From the NCBI GenBank assembly GCA_003155695.1, contig PMDZ01000008.1, positions 39,362 to 103,361 of the forward strand: DNA of 64,000 bases, in the 5' to 3' direction. The stretch comes from Candidatus Nomurabacteria bacterium. Its GTDB lineage: Bacteria; Patescibacteriota; Minisyncoccia; Phycocordibacterales; UBA9973. This document shows, one piece after another, positions 31,306 to 40,651 of this stretch. A program made the translations under genes and the position numbers. Each line of letters opens with the position of its first letter. Within the stretch, counting starts at the first letter, position 1. Under the pieces are notes generated by a model that saw only the letters and a program-made list of their open reading frames with translations, was not told where the DNA came from and did not search any database.

Positions 31306-32070
31306 ATGAAAAAAATATTTAAAAGTTCAATAGTCTGGAAAGCAATGATAGCTATTGTTCTTGCATTCGGTCTCATCGGACCGCTCACCATATTTGCCGC
31401 CGGTCCGCCGGCAGTCGGTCTGGGAACAGCCGGCAACTTTGTCATTCTCTCGAAAGCGGGAATCTCAACTACCGGGGCCACCAGAATTACCGGAAATATC
31501 GGGGTCAGTCCGATAGCTTCGACAGCCATAACGGGATTCGGGCTGATAAAAGACAGGTCAGGCACATTTTCAAGGTCAGTTCGTGTAATCGGGAAGGTAT
31601 ATGCTGCAAATTATACAGCGCCAACTCCCAGCATACTGACCACAGCAGTAAATAATATGCAAACCGCATATACCGATGCTGCCGGAAGAGCACCGACCTC
31701 GGCTGCAACCACGAACTTGGGAGCAGGAAGTATTGGAGGATTAACACTTAAACCTGGTGTTTATAAATGGACAACAGGTGTGACCATACCGACTGATGTA
31801 ACCCTTTCGGGCAGTTCCAGAGATACTTGGATATTCCAAATAGCCGGAACACTAAATATCAGTTCTGGTAAGCACATAATTCTAAAGGGTGGGGCACTAG
31901 CCAAAAATATTTTCTGGCAAGTTGCCGGAGCAACAACGCTCGGAACTTATTCCACCTTCAACGGAACTATCTTGGATAAAACAAATATTGCAATCCAAAC
32001 AGGCGCAGTATTGAATGGTAAAGCCTTAGCACAGACCGCTGTAACATTACAGGCAAATGCTATTAAATAA
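31306..32070 (+). CDS. DUF3494 ice-binding-family protein, secreted
   Basis: LGTAGNFVIL, GNIGVSP, L.PGVY, WIFQI, NIFWQV, ALAQTAVTL. Confidence 0.92.
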   Translation: MKKIFKSSIVWKAMIAIVLAFGLIGPLTIFAAGPPAVGLGTAGNFVILSKAGISTTGATRITGNIGVSPIASTAITGFGLIKDRSGTFSRSVRVIGKVYAANYTAPTPSILTTAVNNMQTAYTDAAGRAPTSAATTNLGAGSIGGLTLKPGVYKWTTGVTIPTDVTLSGSSRDTWIFQIAGTLNISSGKHIILKGGALAKNIFWQVAGATTLGTYSTFNGTILDKTNIAIQTGAVLNGKALAQTAVTLQANAIK

Positions 32071-32176
32071 ATAGCTATAACTTAATAACCGACCAAACAC
32101 AAACCCCCTATGCTCGCCAAAAAATTTAATTACTAAATTGTGGTACAGAGCAGGGGATTTTTGTTTGTCTCCAGAC

Positions 32177-32199
32177 TGCGGAAGGCAAGGCCTTCCGCA
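32177..32199. repeat. Short palindromic repeat, intergenic copy
   Basis: tgcggaaggcaaggccttccgca, identical to 22037-22059. Confidence 0.85.
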
Positions 32200-32240
32200 T
32201 TGAAACAAAAAATCCCCTGAAGGGGATTTTTTGTTTCAAT
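32199..32240. terminator. Bidirectional terminator
   Basis: attgaaacaaaaaatcccc-tgaa-ggggattttttgtttcaat. Confidence 0.85.
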
Positions 32241-32254
32241 AACTAAAATTTTAT

Positions 32255-32806
32255 TTATCGAGTGACACAGATTTTTGCTGCACCTGGAACAGCTGTTTCA
32301 TCAGCTGCTTTATTTGCACACACTGTAATCCTTCCTGTTGGATCGACACCAACATCATAACCAATGTATGGCGCATCTGCAGGAAGAATAGCTGGGTCTA
32401 TTGGTAATGTTGCAACATATGTTGGAACTAAACATCCAAGGTCACCTGATTCTGCTGTTGTAACTGAAGTACGAGCAGTAGAGTTTATCTTTTCGGTTGC
32501 TACACCAACAGCTGCTGAAGGAAGTGGATTGCAGAAATAATCAGTTCCTCCAACTCCTGCAACTGCACCTATATTATACTTACCAGCAAATATTCCTTTA
32601 TTATCTGCAATACGTTGACCGATAGCATTTAAGATCGTATTAACAGCAGCCTGACGCTGTGTATTTCGAGCTTGAGCGAATTGCTTAGCAGGATTGATTG
32701 CAATGATAACGATGGCTGCTAAAATGGCAATAATACCGATAACGACCAAGATTTCAATAAGAGTAAAACCCTTATTTTGCAAACTTTTTAAACTTAATTT
32801 CTTCAT
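32255..32806 (-). CDS. Type IV pilin (probable major pilin)
   Basis: KG|FTLIEILVVIGIIAILA class III signal; own promoter-like sequence and terminator. Confidence 0.9.
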   Translation of the reverse strand: MKKLSLKSLQNKGFTLIEILVVIGIIAILAAIVIIAINPAKQFAQARNTQRQAAVNTILNAIGQRIADNKGIFAGKYNIGAVAGVGGTDYFCNPLPSAAVGVATEKINSTARTSVTTAESGDLGCLVPTYVATLPIDPAILPADAPYIGYDVGVDPTGRITVCANKAADETAVPGAAKICVTR

Positions 32807-32877
32807 AAAAAATTCTTTTTAATCTAATAATAATATCGACCATACTATAACTTATTCCGTATCTGTCAAGTGGAAAA

Positions 32878-35800
32878 CTAATTTGCCGTTGGCACCTCAT
32901 GCCAGGAATTCGGGTCAAAATTGAGGTCAGGTGGCGGAGGTGGCGGAGGAATATCGTCGTTGTTTAAAATGCAAACACGTGTTTCTCCTGCTACAATATT
33001 GCCCAGCGAACCAGAAGATGAACAAGTTGCCCCAGGGGTAAATATATAACCGCTCATGCTGTTTTCAGTGACATTATATGCTCCTGGGTCTACGGTAACA
33101 GAAGTACCTGCGCTACTTCCGGCAAATGAAGTTTGCGACGGACTATCTCCGGTTACTTTTACGGTGAAATTTGATTCTGTTTTACTGCCTCCATTATTGT
33201 TATTGACTTTCGTCATTATCATGAGTGTCCCTTTTGTAGGTGGGTCAGGTGGTGTGACAATTTGATTCGAAGGACAAACTCTTTTACCAATATCGGTAAA
33301 AATACCAGCCATATCTGCCGAGGTAGGTGAGATATAGAAATTGTCTCCGTCGGTATTTTCCGTTGCAGTGTCAATAGTTGTTGTAGAATAATAAACTCTG
33401 GCTTGTAACCAATCCAAATTAGTGACAGCATTGCTGTTACATCCAATACCCGGATCAATATCTTGCACACGAACGCGGAAGTTGCTGTTGGAAAAATCTC
33501 CTGGGGCCCAAGTTCGATACCAATTATCAGTCGAACCACCGAAACTAGGTAATTGAGTAAGTGTACTAGTTAAAGTTTGAGTTTTCTGTGGGCTTACCCA
33601 ATGACTACCGCCATCGTAAGATAAGTCCACGCCTAACTGGCAGGTAGTGCTCAGTGTTGTCGGAGTACTGTAACTTACCGTCAAATACATTTGCGTCACT
33701 CTCGGAACAGATGTGCCGTTGCTGGTTTTTTGGACGCCAAACTTGGTCGTCCAGTTGTTGACTTCGGAAACAGTCCAAGCCGAACCAGTCAAAGGATTGA
33801 TAGTCATAGGGCCGTTGTTGTATTGATAGGTAGCGTAACTGGTAGATAAACTATGGCCATTGTCATTGGTCTGATTGCTGCCATTTTCCGTTATTAACTG
33901 CATGGTGGCACTGCTGCCGTTATAACTTTTGGCTACGACGTTCAAAGTCACGGAGTTGACAGTGGCATTAGATGGAACGCCCGCTCCGGCAAAAGCAAAA
34001 GTTTGTTTGTCGGCTTCATCTATGTAGGTAGTATCTCCGTCATTGCCGTTGACCGCATTAACTGCACTGCCGGTATTGGCTAGCCAGTAATTGTATGAGC
34101 CGGGGGCAGTGGGAGTGAGGTTGGAAGGGACTCCAGGAATTGCATAAAAAACATTAACCGGTATCCAATCAAGGGAAATAGTGCGAGAGCTGGATGATGA
34201 ATTAGCAGTAATCCTAACTCTGAAATTAGTGCTGCTTATATCAGAGATTGACCAGGTATGTCCCCAGTTATCAGTAGAACCACCAAGTGTTTTATTATTG
34301 GTATCGTTGGTACTTTCTGTCGACTCATTTTTTTTCGAAGTCCAAGTTGTACCACCATTCCATGAAAGTTCTACATCCACACTATTTGTCCCAGATGTAC
34401 TATCAAGCCACCAATCGGGTCGCACCTGGATTCCTGTTATAGACGCACCTGCAGGAAGCGATGGCATAGTGTATGTAAAACGATTACGATAATTATTTTT
34501 CGCAGTCGCAGCAGAAGAACCACCATCTGAATAAGCATTAGTTGGATTATTAAAACCAGTACCGTCTGCTGATTGTCCAGAAGGCGAAATATAACCAGTG
34601 CTGCCTGATGTGCTATAACTCACAACCAACCACATTTGCGTCACTCGAGGAATCGAAGCGCCATTGTTGGTCTTTTGAACACCAAATTTAGTCGTCCAAT
34701 TGTTGACTTCCGAAACAGTCCATGCCGAACCGGTTATAGGATTTGTGTTCATTGTCCAGCTATAGGGACTGTAGCTTGCAGTCAAACTATGACCGCTATC
34801 ATTAACCGGTGTGCCACCGTTTTCCGCAATTAATCTCATGGTGGCAGTGGTTCCATTAAAACTTTCTGCCACCGCATTAAGAGTCACAGAGTTGATAGTA
34901 ACACCAGCAGGTACGTTTGCTCCCTGAAAAGCAAAAGTTTGATTGTCTGCTTCATCTATATAGGTAGTATCATTATCACTGCTGCTGATTGCATTAACTG
35001 CACTACCGGTATTGGCTGACCAATAATTGTAAGAGCCGAGGGCAGCCGGGGCGAGATTGGGAGTGTTTGTAACAAGAGGACTATCGGTCACCGAAGCCAC
35101 TGCTTTAGCTTCTATTCCATTTATAATAGACCCGGAAGGAATTGTCGGGATATTAAAATTATAATATCTTTGCATGTGGTTTCCCGTATCTGTAGCTGAA
35201 CTACCGCCACTTCCGTAGGCACTTGTCGGAGAAGACCAACCGGTACCACTATCAACACTATTACTTGAGGGTGATAAAAATCCAGTATCATTAGGAGTTG
35301 TAATATAATTTACAGCGGAATTGGTTGCAAGCGACGCAAGAAAAGTCAGCCCGGAAGTATCACCAAAATGAATGGTGTAGATTTGCGTCGGAATGTTATC
35401 CGGTGCCTTGCCCGCACCAGTAGCAGATTTTGCGGCAGTCGCAGCGCTAGTAGCGGCATCAAGAGCGGTTTGATTTACAGCATAACCATCAGCTAATTTT
35501 CCTCCCGGTTCATTTGCTCCTCCATCCGAAACCAGAATCAATACCTTAGCTTTTCCGGCTATATGGTATGAGGTATTATTTAACTCCGCGTCGGCTTTCG
35601 AAATTACTGCACTGAGATTTGTAAATGCGTACTGTATGGGTATACCCAAAAAGAAAGTAGTGACATTTTGTAAAGCATTTCCAATAGTTGTCGGTAAATT
35701 ATTGTAGTTGCTACTCAAATGGGAAACAATTTCCGCACTCGTATTATTGGCATCTGACTGCGTTAACCATAGCTTGGCCACATCGGCAAAATGTCCAACA

Positions 35801-36906
35801 CTGATTTGTGGATGAGGAGTAAGAACACTGTAAAGTGTAACTAGTGAATTTGCAGCTGCTGCTTCATCATTGATCCAATCTGTTCTATACGTGGATTGAT
35901 TCATTGGATCAGTGTAAAACATACTACTGGTGCGGTCCAGCATCATCACAGTATCGGCACAGGTTGGTGCCGGAGGAACCAGATCATCAAAATTTATGAT
36001 ACAAGTTTTATTTTGCCCGAGAGTCATGGTAATATTTCCACTGGAATTACAGTCATAACCCCATGATGATGCACCGTAACCTGAAAGAGTTGTCGCCGAA
36101 ACCGTGTGGCCTCCGGCAGTGACAGTTTTTGGTTGGCCGAGTGTTACTGAAACTCCGTCAATAAAAAGAGGAAAATCGCTTGGAAGTTTATTCCCGCTAT
36201 CATTATTTGTTACATTGGCTAAGACGGTAAGAGTCGTAGTTATATCATCATAAGTAATCGTGCAAAATTTAATTTCGCCGGCAATAACATTCCCCGAACA
36301 ATTACTGCCGATATTCATTGAGTAATTCGAGAGCGTACTGCCATTAACGCTGAATGGGCCGGGTTGAACCGATACAATCACTCCGGATTCTGAACCATCG
36401 AAAGGATCAACCGGATTGACAGCGCTGACGTTCATCGTAAATTCATTCGCTTGTTTTGTTCCACTACTATCATTTATCACATGTGTCGTCACAAAAAGAG
36501 TACCGGTTGTTGGCGCTGTCGGTATAGAAGTTAAATGAAGGTCATGTATCGCCATTGCCATATCAAGATTGGCATAGGAATTTCGAACGACTGCTTGTGT
36601 TTTAACAGTCACAAGTCCTGGAGGGAAATTGACCAGAATCGGGAATATATGACATGAACCTTCATCTTTTGTTATTGTTACATCACCAACATAAGTCGGG
36701 TCAGTGAGCAGGGTAGCCAGTGCTTGTTCGGCGCACCCTTCAGCCAAGTCATTTGCTTGTTCTTTGGCTTCGGTTCCAAGGACATTAAAACGTGAGGACC
36801 AACCGGAAGAACTGGCTTTTACCGCCATAACCAAAAGGATTAGCGAAATTATAATGGTTGCCATCAAAGCTATATATCCTCCTTGTTTTTTATTATTGTG
36901 GTTCAT
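32878..36906 (-). CDS. Giant PilX-like minor pilin/adhesin with vWA and repeated beta-sandwich domains
   Basis: GG|YIALMATIII N-terminus, A..LAEGCAE, DRTSSM MIDAS, VSDG, duplicated modules, C-terminal SWHEV. Confidence 0.8.
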   Translation of the reverse strand: MNHNNKKQGGYIALMATIIISLILLVMAVKASSSGWSSRFNVLGTEAKEQANDLAEGCAEQALATLLTDPTYVGDVTITKDEGSCHIFPILVNFPPGLVTVKTQAVVRNSYANLDMAMAIHDLHLTSIPTAPTTGTLFVTTHVINDSSGTKQANEFTMNVSAVNPVDPFDGSESGVIVSVQPGPFSVNGSTLSNYSMNIGSNCSGNVIAGEIKFCTITYDDITTTLTVLANVTNNDSGNKLPSDFPLFIDGVSVTLGQPKTVTAGGHTVSATTLSGYGASSWGYDCNSSGNITMTLGQNKTCIINFDDLVPPAPTCADTVMMLDRTSSMFYTDPMNQSTYRTDWINDEAAAANSLVTLYSVLTPHPQISVGHFADVAKLWLTQSDANNTSAEIVSHLSSNYNNLPTTIGNALQNVTTFFLGIPIQYAFTNLSAVISKADAELNNTSYHIAGKAKVLILVSDGGANEPGGKLADGYAVNQTALDAATSAATAAKSATGAGKAPDNIPTQIYTIHFGDTSGLTFLASLATNSAVNYITTPNDTGFLSPSSNSVDSGTGWSSPTSAYGSGGSSATDTGNHMQRYYNFNIPTIPSGSIINGIEAKAVASVTDSPLVTNTPNLAPAALGSYNYWSANTGSAVNAISSSDNDTTYIDEADNQTFAFQGANVPAGVTINSVTLNAVAESFNGTTATMRLIAENGGTPVNDSGHSLTASYSPYSWTMNTNPITGSAWTVSEVNNWTTKFGVQKTNNGASIPRVTQMWLVVSYSTSGSTGYISPSGQSADGTGFNNPTNAYSDGGSSAATAKNNYRNRFTYTMPSLPAGASITGIQVRPDWWLDSTSGTNSVDVELSWNGGTTWTSKKNESTESTNDTNNKTLGGSTDNWGHTWSISDISSTNFRVRITANSSSSSRTISLDWIPVNVFYAIPGVPSNLTPTAPGSYNYWLANTGSAVNAVNGNDGDTTYIDEADKQTFAFAGAGVPSNATVNSVTLNVVAKSYNGSSATMQLITENGSNQTNDNGHSLSTSYATYQYNNGPMTINPLTGSAWTVSEVNNWTTKFGVQKTSNGTSVPRVTQMYLTVSYSTPTTLSTTCQLGVDLSYDGGSHWVSPQKTQTLTSTLTQLPSFGGSTDNWYRTWAPGDFSNSNFRVRVQDIDPGIGCNSNAVTNLDWLQARVYYSTTTIDTATENTDGDNFYISPTSADMAGIFTDIGKRVCPSNQIVTPPDPPTKGTLMIMTKVNNNNGGSKTESNFTVKVTGDSPSQTSFAGSSAGTSVTVDPGAYNVTENSMSGYIFTPGATCSSSGSLGNIVAGETRVCILNNDDIPPPPPPPDLNFDPNSWHEVPTAN

Positions 36907-36907
36907 A

Positions 36908-37384
36908 TTATTCTCTTAAATAAGTTCTAAAATTAAATGGCTTATCTCCGATAAGAAAATTTACCGAAACAGATGGGGGCCTACCGTTTGCACTGGCTGT
37001 ATATGAAAATTTAACATTCGAAACTGGATATCTGTCACTATTTAACTGTATCGGTACACCAACGCCACGAGCAATAGTCATAATAGTGCCATTGCCACTT
37101 ATGACAAGGGGACTCTGTGCACCTAAGTCCGTTCTGGTTATGGTAACCGTATCACCACTTGCGGAGACGGTCGCATCGGATGCGCCGGTAAGAGCCCAGT
37201 TGATTTTACGATTAAGGAAAATTCCTTCTTCTTGTATTCCGGCGGCTGCAACATTATGATTACTTCCTTCAACAAGATTATATGTTCCAACTACAGCTCC
37301 GGTCATAAGTAAGCCGAAAAGAGCAATGTATATCATCGTTTCCATCAATGTAAATCCTTGTTGATTTTTTATCTTTTTTATCAT
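36908..37384 (-). CDS. Minor pilin (PilW/PulJ-like)
   Basis: QG|FTLMETMIY class III signal. Confidence 0.88.
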   Translation of the reverse strand: MIKKIKNQQGFTLMETMIYIALFGLLMTGAVVGTYNLVEGSNHNVAAAGIQEEGIFLNRKINWALTGASDATVSASGDTVTITRTDLGAQSPLVISGNGTIMTIARGVGVPIQLNSDRYPVSNVKFSYTASANGRPPSVSVNFLIGDKPFNFRTYLRE

Positions 37385-38946
37385 GGTGTGTATATTACTC
37401 CCAACTTATCGGTTGTTAAGTCTTGGCTAATGGCATAAATCCAATCTCCATCTATATCAAATCCAAGAGGGGCTAAGTGGGGAAAACTATAACTTGTAAA
37501 ACGACCGACATTCAATGTTCCTGTCCAAGTAGAATAATCGGAATCCCAAACTTGAAATTCTTGTCCACTTTTGCTTGTTTCTATATATGCATATTTACCT
37601 GATACCTCAATATTTGTTATGCTGGCTCCGACTTCACCTTGTTCGGATTCAGGGGTTAAAGAACTTTCCGGGTTAGTAACATCAAATACATAAAGTTCTG
37701 GACCTCCGGTATTTGATTGACGCCCGAAATATAAATTATTACCCAAAAGAGAAAGACTAAGACCATCTTGACTACCAGGAAGGTCAACTGAATTAAGTTC
37801 CGTTATTGTATCTCCGGTCACATCTAAAATGCCGAGTTCTTTTAAGTCGGAATCAGCAGCAAGAAAAACTAATCTATGGGTAACACCGGAAATTTTTTGG
37901 TCGCGGACAATTATATCATTTACCGTACGGTCAAGTTTAAAACCATTTCCTATTTCGGTTGGAATGGTCGGCGTAGAAATATTGAAAATATGAAATTCGT
38001 TTCCCGAAGTATAGCGAGTTGTCATATATAAACGACCTCCATAAACAAACAAATGCCATCCTTGCGGAGATGAACCCAGAGGGTCAACATTTTGGAGGTC
38101 ACGTTGCGCAACAAGTGTTGGAGTACTTGGGTCTGTCACATCAATAACGGCAAGTTGTTTGGTTGTCGCATTTACGGCCACGAAAGCATAAGTTCTTCCG
38201 GTAGCCAAGTCTTCCTCAACGTCAACAGCATTTAATTTTACCGGAACCCCGAGAACTTTTACAATATCTGTCGGTGAACTAACCAGAACAGGATTTTGAC
38301 CTACCGCTTCCGGGATATCATATATGGAAAAATATGGACTTATATTACTTGTTGTATAAATCTTTTTATGAAGCACATCAATACCAGTAAATTGCTTCCC
38401 TGGAGCAAATGGTAATGACCCTATACTTTCCGGTGTATTATTCTCCCAATCGCCACTCGGTTGATTTAAAACACAATCACCCCCGCGGGCAATAATTTCC
38501 GGGGTATTCGTGAGGTAAGTGAAAAGTTTTGTTGTCGTTGTTGGATAACTGGCTACTTGCCATTCTACTTTGGCTTCCACATATTTTGAGCAAGAAGATA
38601 AATCAGTAATATTTTTTTGAACATAATAGCACAATCCGCCGGCTATACATGAAGCGTCAGCTGAGTCGGAAGGATCTTTTGACACAGTCAAAGGCGAAGA
38701 TACCGCTTGATAAAAATCTTGTTTTATAAGAGAACGTAAATCTTCAAGCGTAGTCTTTGCTTTATAAAGCGCTTCGTTGGCAGTTTGCGAGGTTATTCCC
38801 CAATATTGGGCCGAAAAATTCGCATTTACCGCTCCAACAAGAACAATACAAATAAGAGCAAAAGCAATCATCAGTTCAATTGTTGAAAATCCCGATGTTT
38901 GATAATTGTAAATTTTTTTATTTTTACCAACTAATTTTTCCTTCAT
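37381..38946 (-). CDS. Minor pilin (PilV-like) fused to an LVIVD-like beta-propeller
   Basis: SG|FSTIELMI; repeated L.V.DV..P..P motifs. Confidence 0.8.
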   Translation of the reverse strand: MKEKLVGKNKKIYNYQTSGFSTIELMIAFALICIVLVGAVNANFSAQYWGITSQTANEALYKAKTTLEDLRSLIKQDFYQAVSSPLTVSKDPSDSADASCIAGGLCYYVQKNITDLSSCSKYVEAKVEWQVASYPTTTTKLFTYLTNTPEIIARGGDCVLNQPSGDWENNTPESIGSLPFAPGKQFTGIDVLHKKIYTTSNISPYFSIYDIPEAVGQNPVLVSSPTDIVKVLGVPVKLNAVDVEEDLATGRTYAFVAVNATTKQLAVIDVTDPSTPTLVAQRDLQNVDPLGSSPQGWHLFVYGGRLYMTTRYTSGNEFHIFNISTPTIPTEIGNGFKLDRTVNDIIVRDQKISGVTHRLVFLAADSDLKELGILDVTGDTITELNSVDLPGSQDGLSLSLLGNNLYFGRQSNTGGPELYVFDVTNPESSLTPESEQGEVGASITNIEVSGKYAYIETSKSGQEFQVWDSDYSTWTGTLNVGRFTSYSFPHLAPLGFDIDGDWIYAISQDLTTDKLGVIYTP

Positions 38947-39385
38947 GATTTATTGATATTACTGCTGTAATATTACGATTTGGGTCTATCATGGTTATAT
39001 CCGTATCCTCAGCATCGCCGCTTAATTGCTCGAAAGTAATTTCCGTCGGTGATGTTGGACTGAATGTCACTTCGTAGGAAGATTTCGTATCTTCATCTTT
39101 TGAGCTATCTCTCTCATCGTAAGAATTACCTTCAAAAATAACATATCCCTCATATCCCGCCGGATTGATAGCGACACCGTGTTGCTCTTGGTCTATATTA
39201 TTAAGAGCATCGGCTCGGGCAGTTTGGAGAGCAAGACCAAGATTATTTACTTCGGAACGGAAAGCATCTCCTCGGAAACTATTTATATCTATAAATAACG
39301 ACATCGTTGCGATTACACCGACAAGCCCGATGACAACCAGCATTTCCATTAACGTGAACCCTTTTTCTAATTCAACTTTTTTCAT
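38924..39385 (-). CDS. Minor pilin (FimT/GspH-like)
   Basis: KG|FTLMEMLVV, L..AR..A; start moved to MKKVELEK. Confidence 0.88.
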   Translation of the reverse strand: MKKVELEKGFTLMEMLVVIGLVGVIATMSLFIDINSFRGDAFRSEVNNLGLALQTARADALNNIDQEQHGVAINPAGYEGYVIFEGNSYDERDSSKDEDTKSSYEVTFSPTSPTEITFEQLSGDAEDTDITMIDPNRNITAVISINHEGKISW

Positions 39386-39389
39386 CTTT

Positions 39390-40637
39390 TTATCCGTGTA
39401 AATTTTGAGTAATACTATAAATCGGTGTGATAATTGAAATAGCGATAAAGCCGACAAGGACACCCATGAAAATCATCAGCGCAGGTTCGATAAGATTCGA
39501 AATATTTTTTGTAAATTCTTCCACTTCGCTTTCGTAAAGTTCGGAAAGATAAATGAAAGAATTTGATAAGTTTCCGGAGCGTTCTCCGACTGAAATTATC
39601 TGAGTTAGGACTTCCGGGAAAAGGTTTCTATTTTTTGCAAGATAAACTGATATTCGTTCTCCTCGATTGACAGCTTCGGACATAGCTTCAAATTCTCTTT
39701 TGTATACTAGATTTCCTGATACTCTTGTTGTTATTTCTAGCGTTTCGCCGAAAGTCACACCACTTTTCAAAAGTAATCCAATCGTACGAGTAGTATTTGC
39801 CAAATTGTAATGTTTTATAACCTCTCCGATCATCGGAATTTTCATCAATAATTTATCGAAATAGAAGCGGAATATTTTAACTTTTTTTAATGTAAAAATA
39901 AAAACAAGAATGAAAATTACAATGCCGAGAACTAGTTCAAGTCCGTGATGAATCAAGAAATCACTGAAAGCCATAATTATCCTTGTTGAAAGGGGAAGAG
40001 TCATGTGCAAACTGGAAAAGACCGGTAAAATTTTTGGGAAAAGATAAACCATCAGGAATCCGGTAATTCCAAGAGTAGCAAAGGTGACAACAGCCGGATA
40101 AACAAAAGCACCTTTAACTTTTTTCTGTAAAGCGTTTTTCTTTTTTAATTCTTCGGCAAGATAGGTGAGATTATCGCTTAAAATTCCTGCAGATTCTCCG
40201 AAGGAAATAATATTTATTGAGAAATCACCAAATATTTTGTGAAATTTTCCAAGACTAGTGGACAGATTGTGCCCACTTGAAACATCATTAATAACCGTAT
40301 CCAAAATGGTAATGAGACCTTTCTGCCTGGTTTGTTCCCGAATCATCGTTAGACTTTCAAGTATTGGTATACCTGCTTTCAAGAGGAATGATAACCTTTT
40401 TATGAAAAAAGTCTGTTCTTTCAATGTCATTTTGAAGAAAGAGGAACTCTTAAAATTACTAAACATTTTCGAAAAAGATGAAGTGCTTTTTTTGGGAGAT
40501 TTTATATTTGATAATTCTTTATTTTTTTCAAATCTGTTTGTTGTATTATTGAAAAACAAAGTAGTGGATACTCCTCCTTTTTGAACGGAACTTTTCAAAG
40601 CGGAACTATTATTCTTTATGTATTTTTTTATTTCCAT
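39390..40637 (-). CDS. pilC: Type IV pilus/T2SS platform protein (PilC/GspF)
   Basis: GE.AG.L, YP, GERSG.L, IEP motifs. Confidence 0.93.
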   Translation of the reverse strand: MEIKKYIKNNSSALKSSVQKGGVSTTLFFNNTTNRFEKNKELSNIKSPKKSTSSFSKMFSNFKSSSFFKMTLKEQTFFIKRLSFLLKAGIPILESLTMIREQTRQKGLITILDTVINDVSSGHNLSTSLGKFHKIFGDFSINIISFGESAGILSDNLTYLAEELKKKNALQKKVKGAFVYPAVVTFATLGITGFLMVYLFPKILPVFSSLHMTLPLSTRIIMAFSDFLIHHGLELVLGIVIFILVFIFTLKKVKIFRFYFDKLLMKIPMIGEVIKHYNLANTTRTIGLLLKSGVTFGETLEITTRVSGNLVYKREFEAMSEAVNRGERISVYLAKNRNLFPEVLTQIISVGERSGNLSNSFIYLSELYESEVEEFTKNISNLIEPALMIFMGVLVGFIAISIITPIYSITQNLHG

Positions 40638-40651
40638 ATTATTAAATATTA

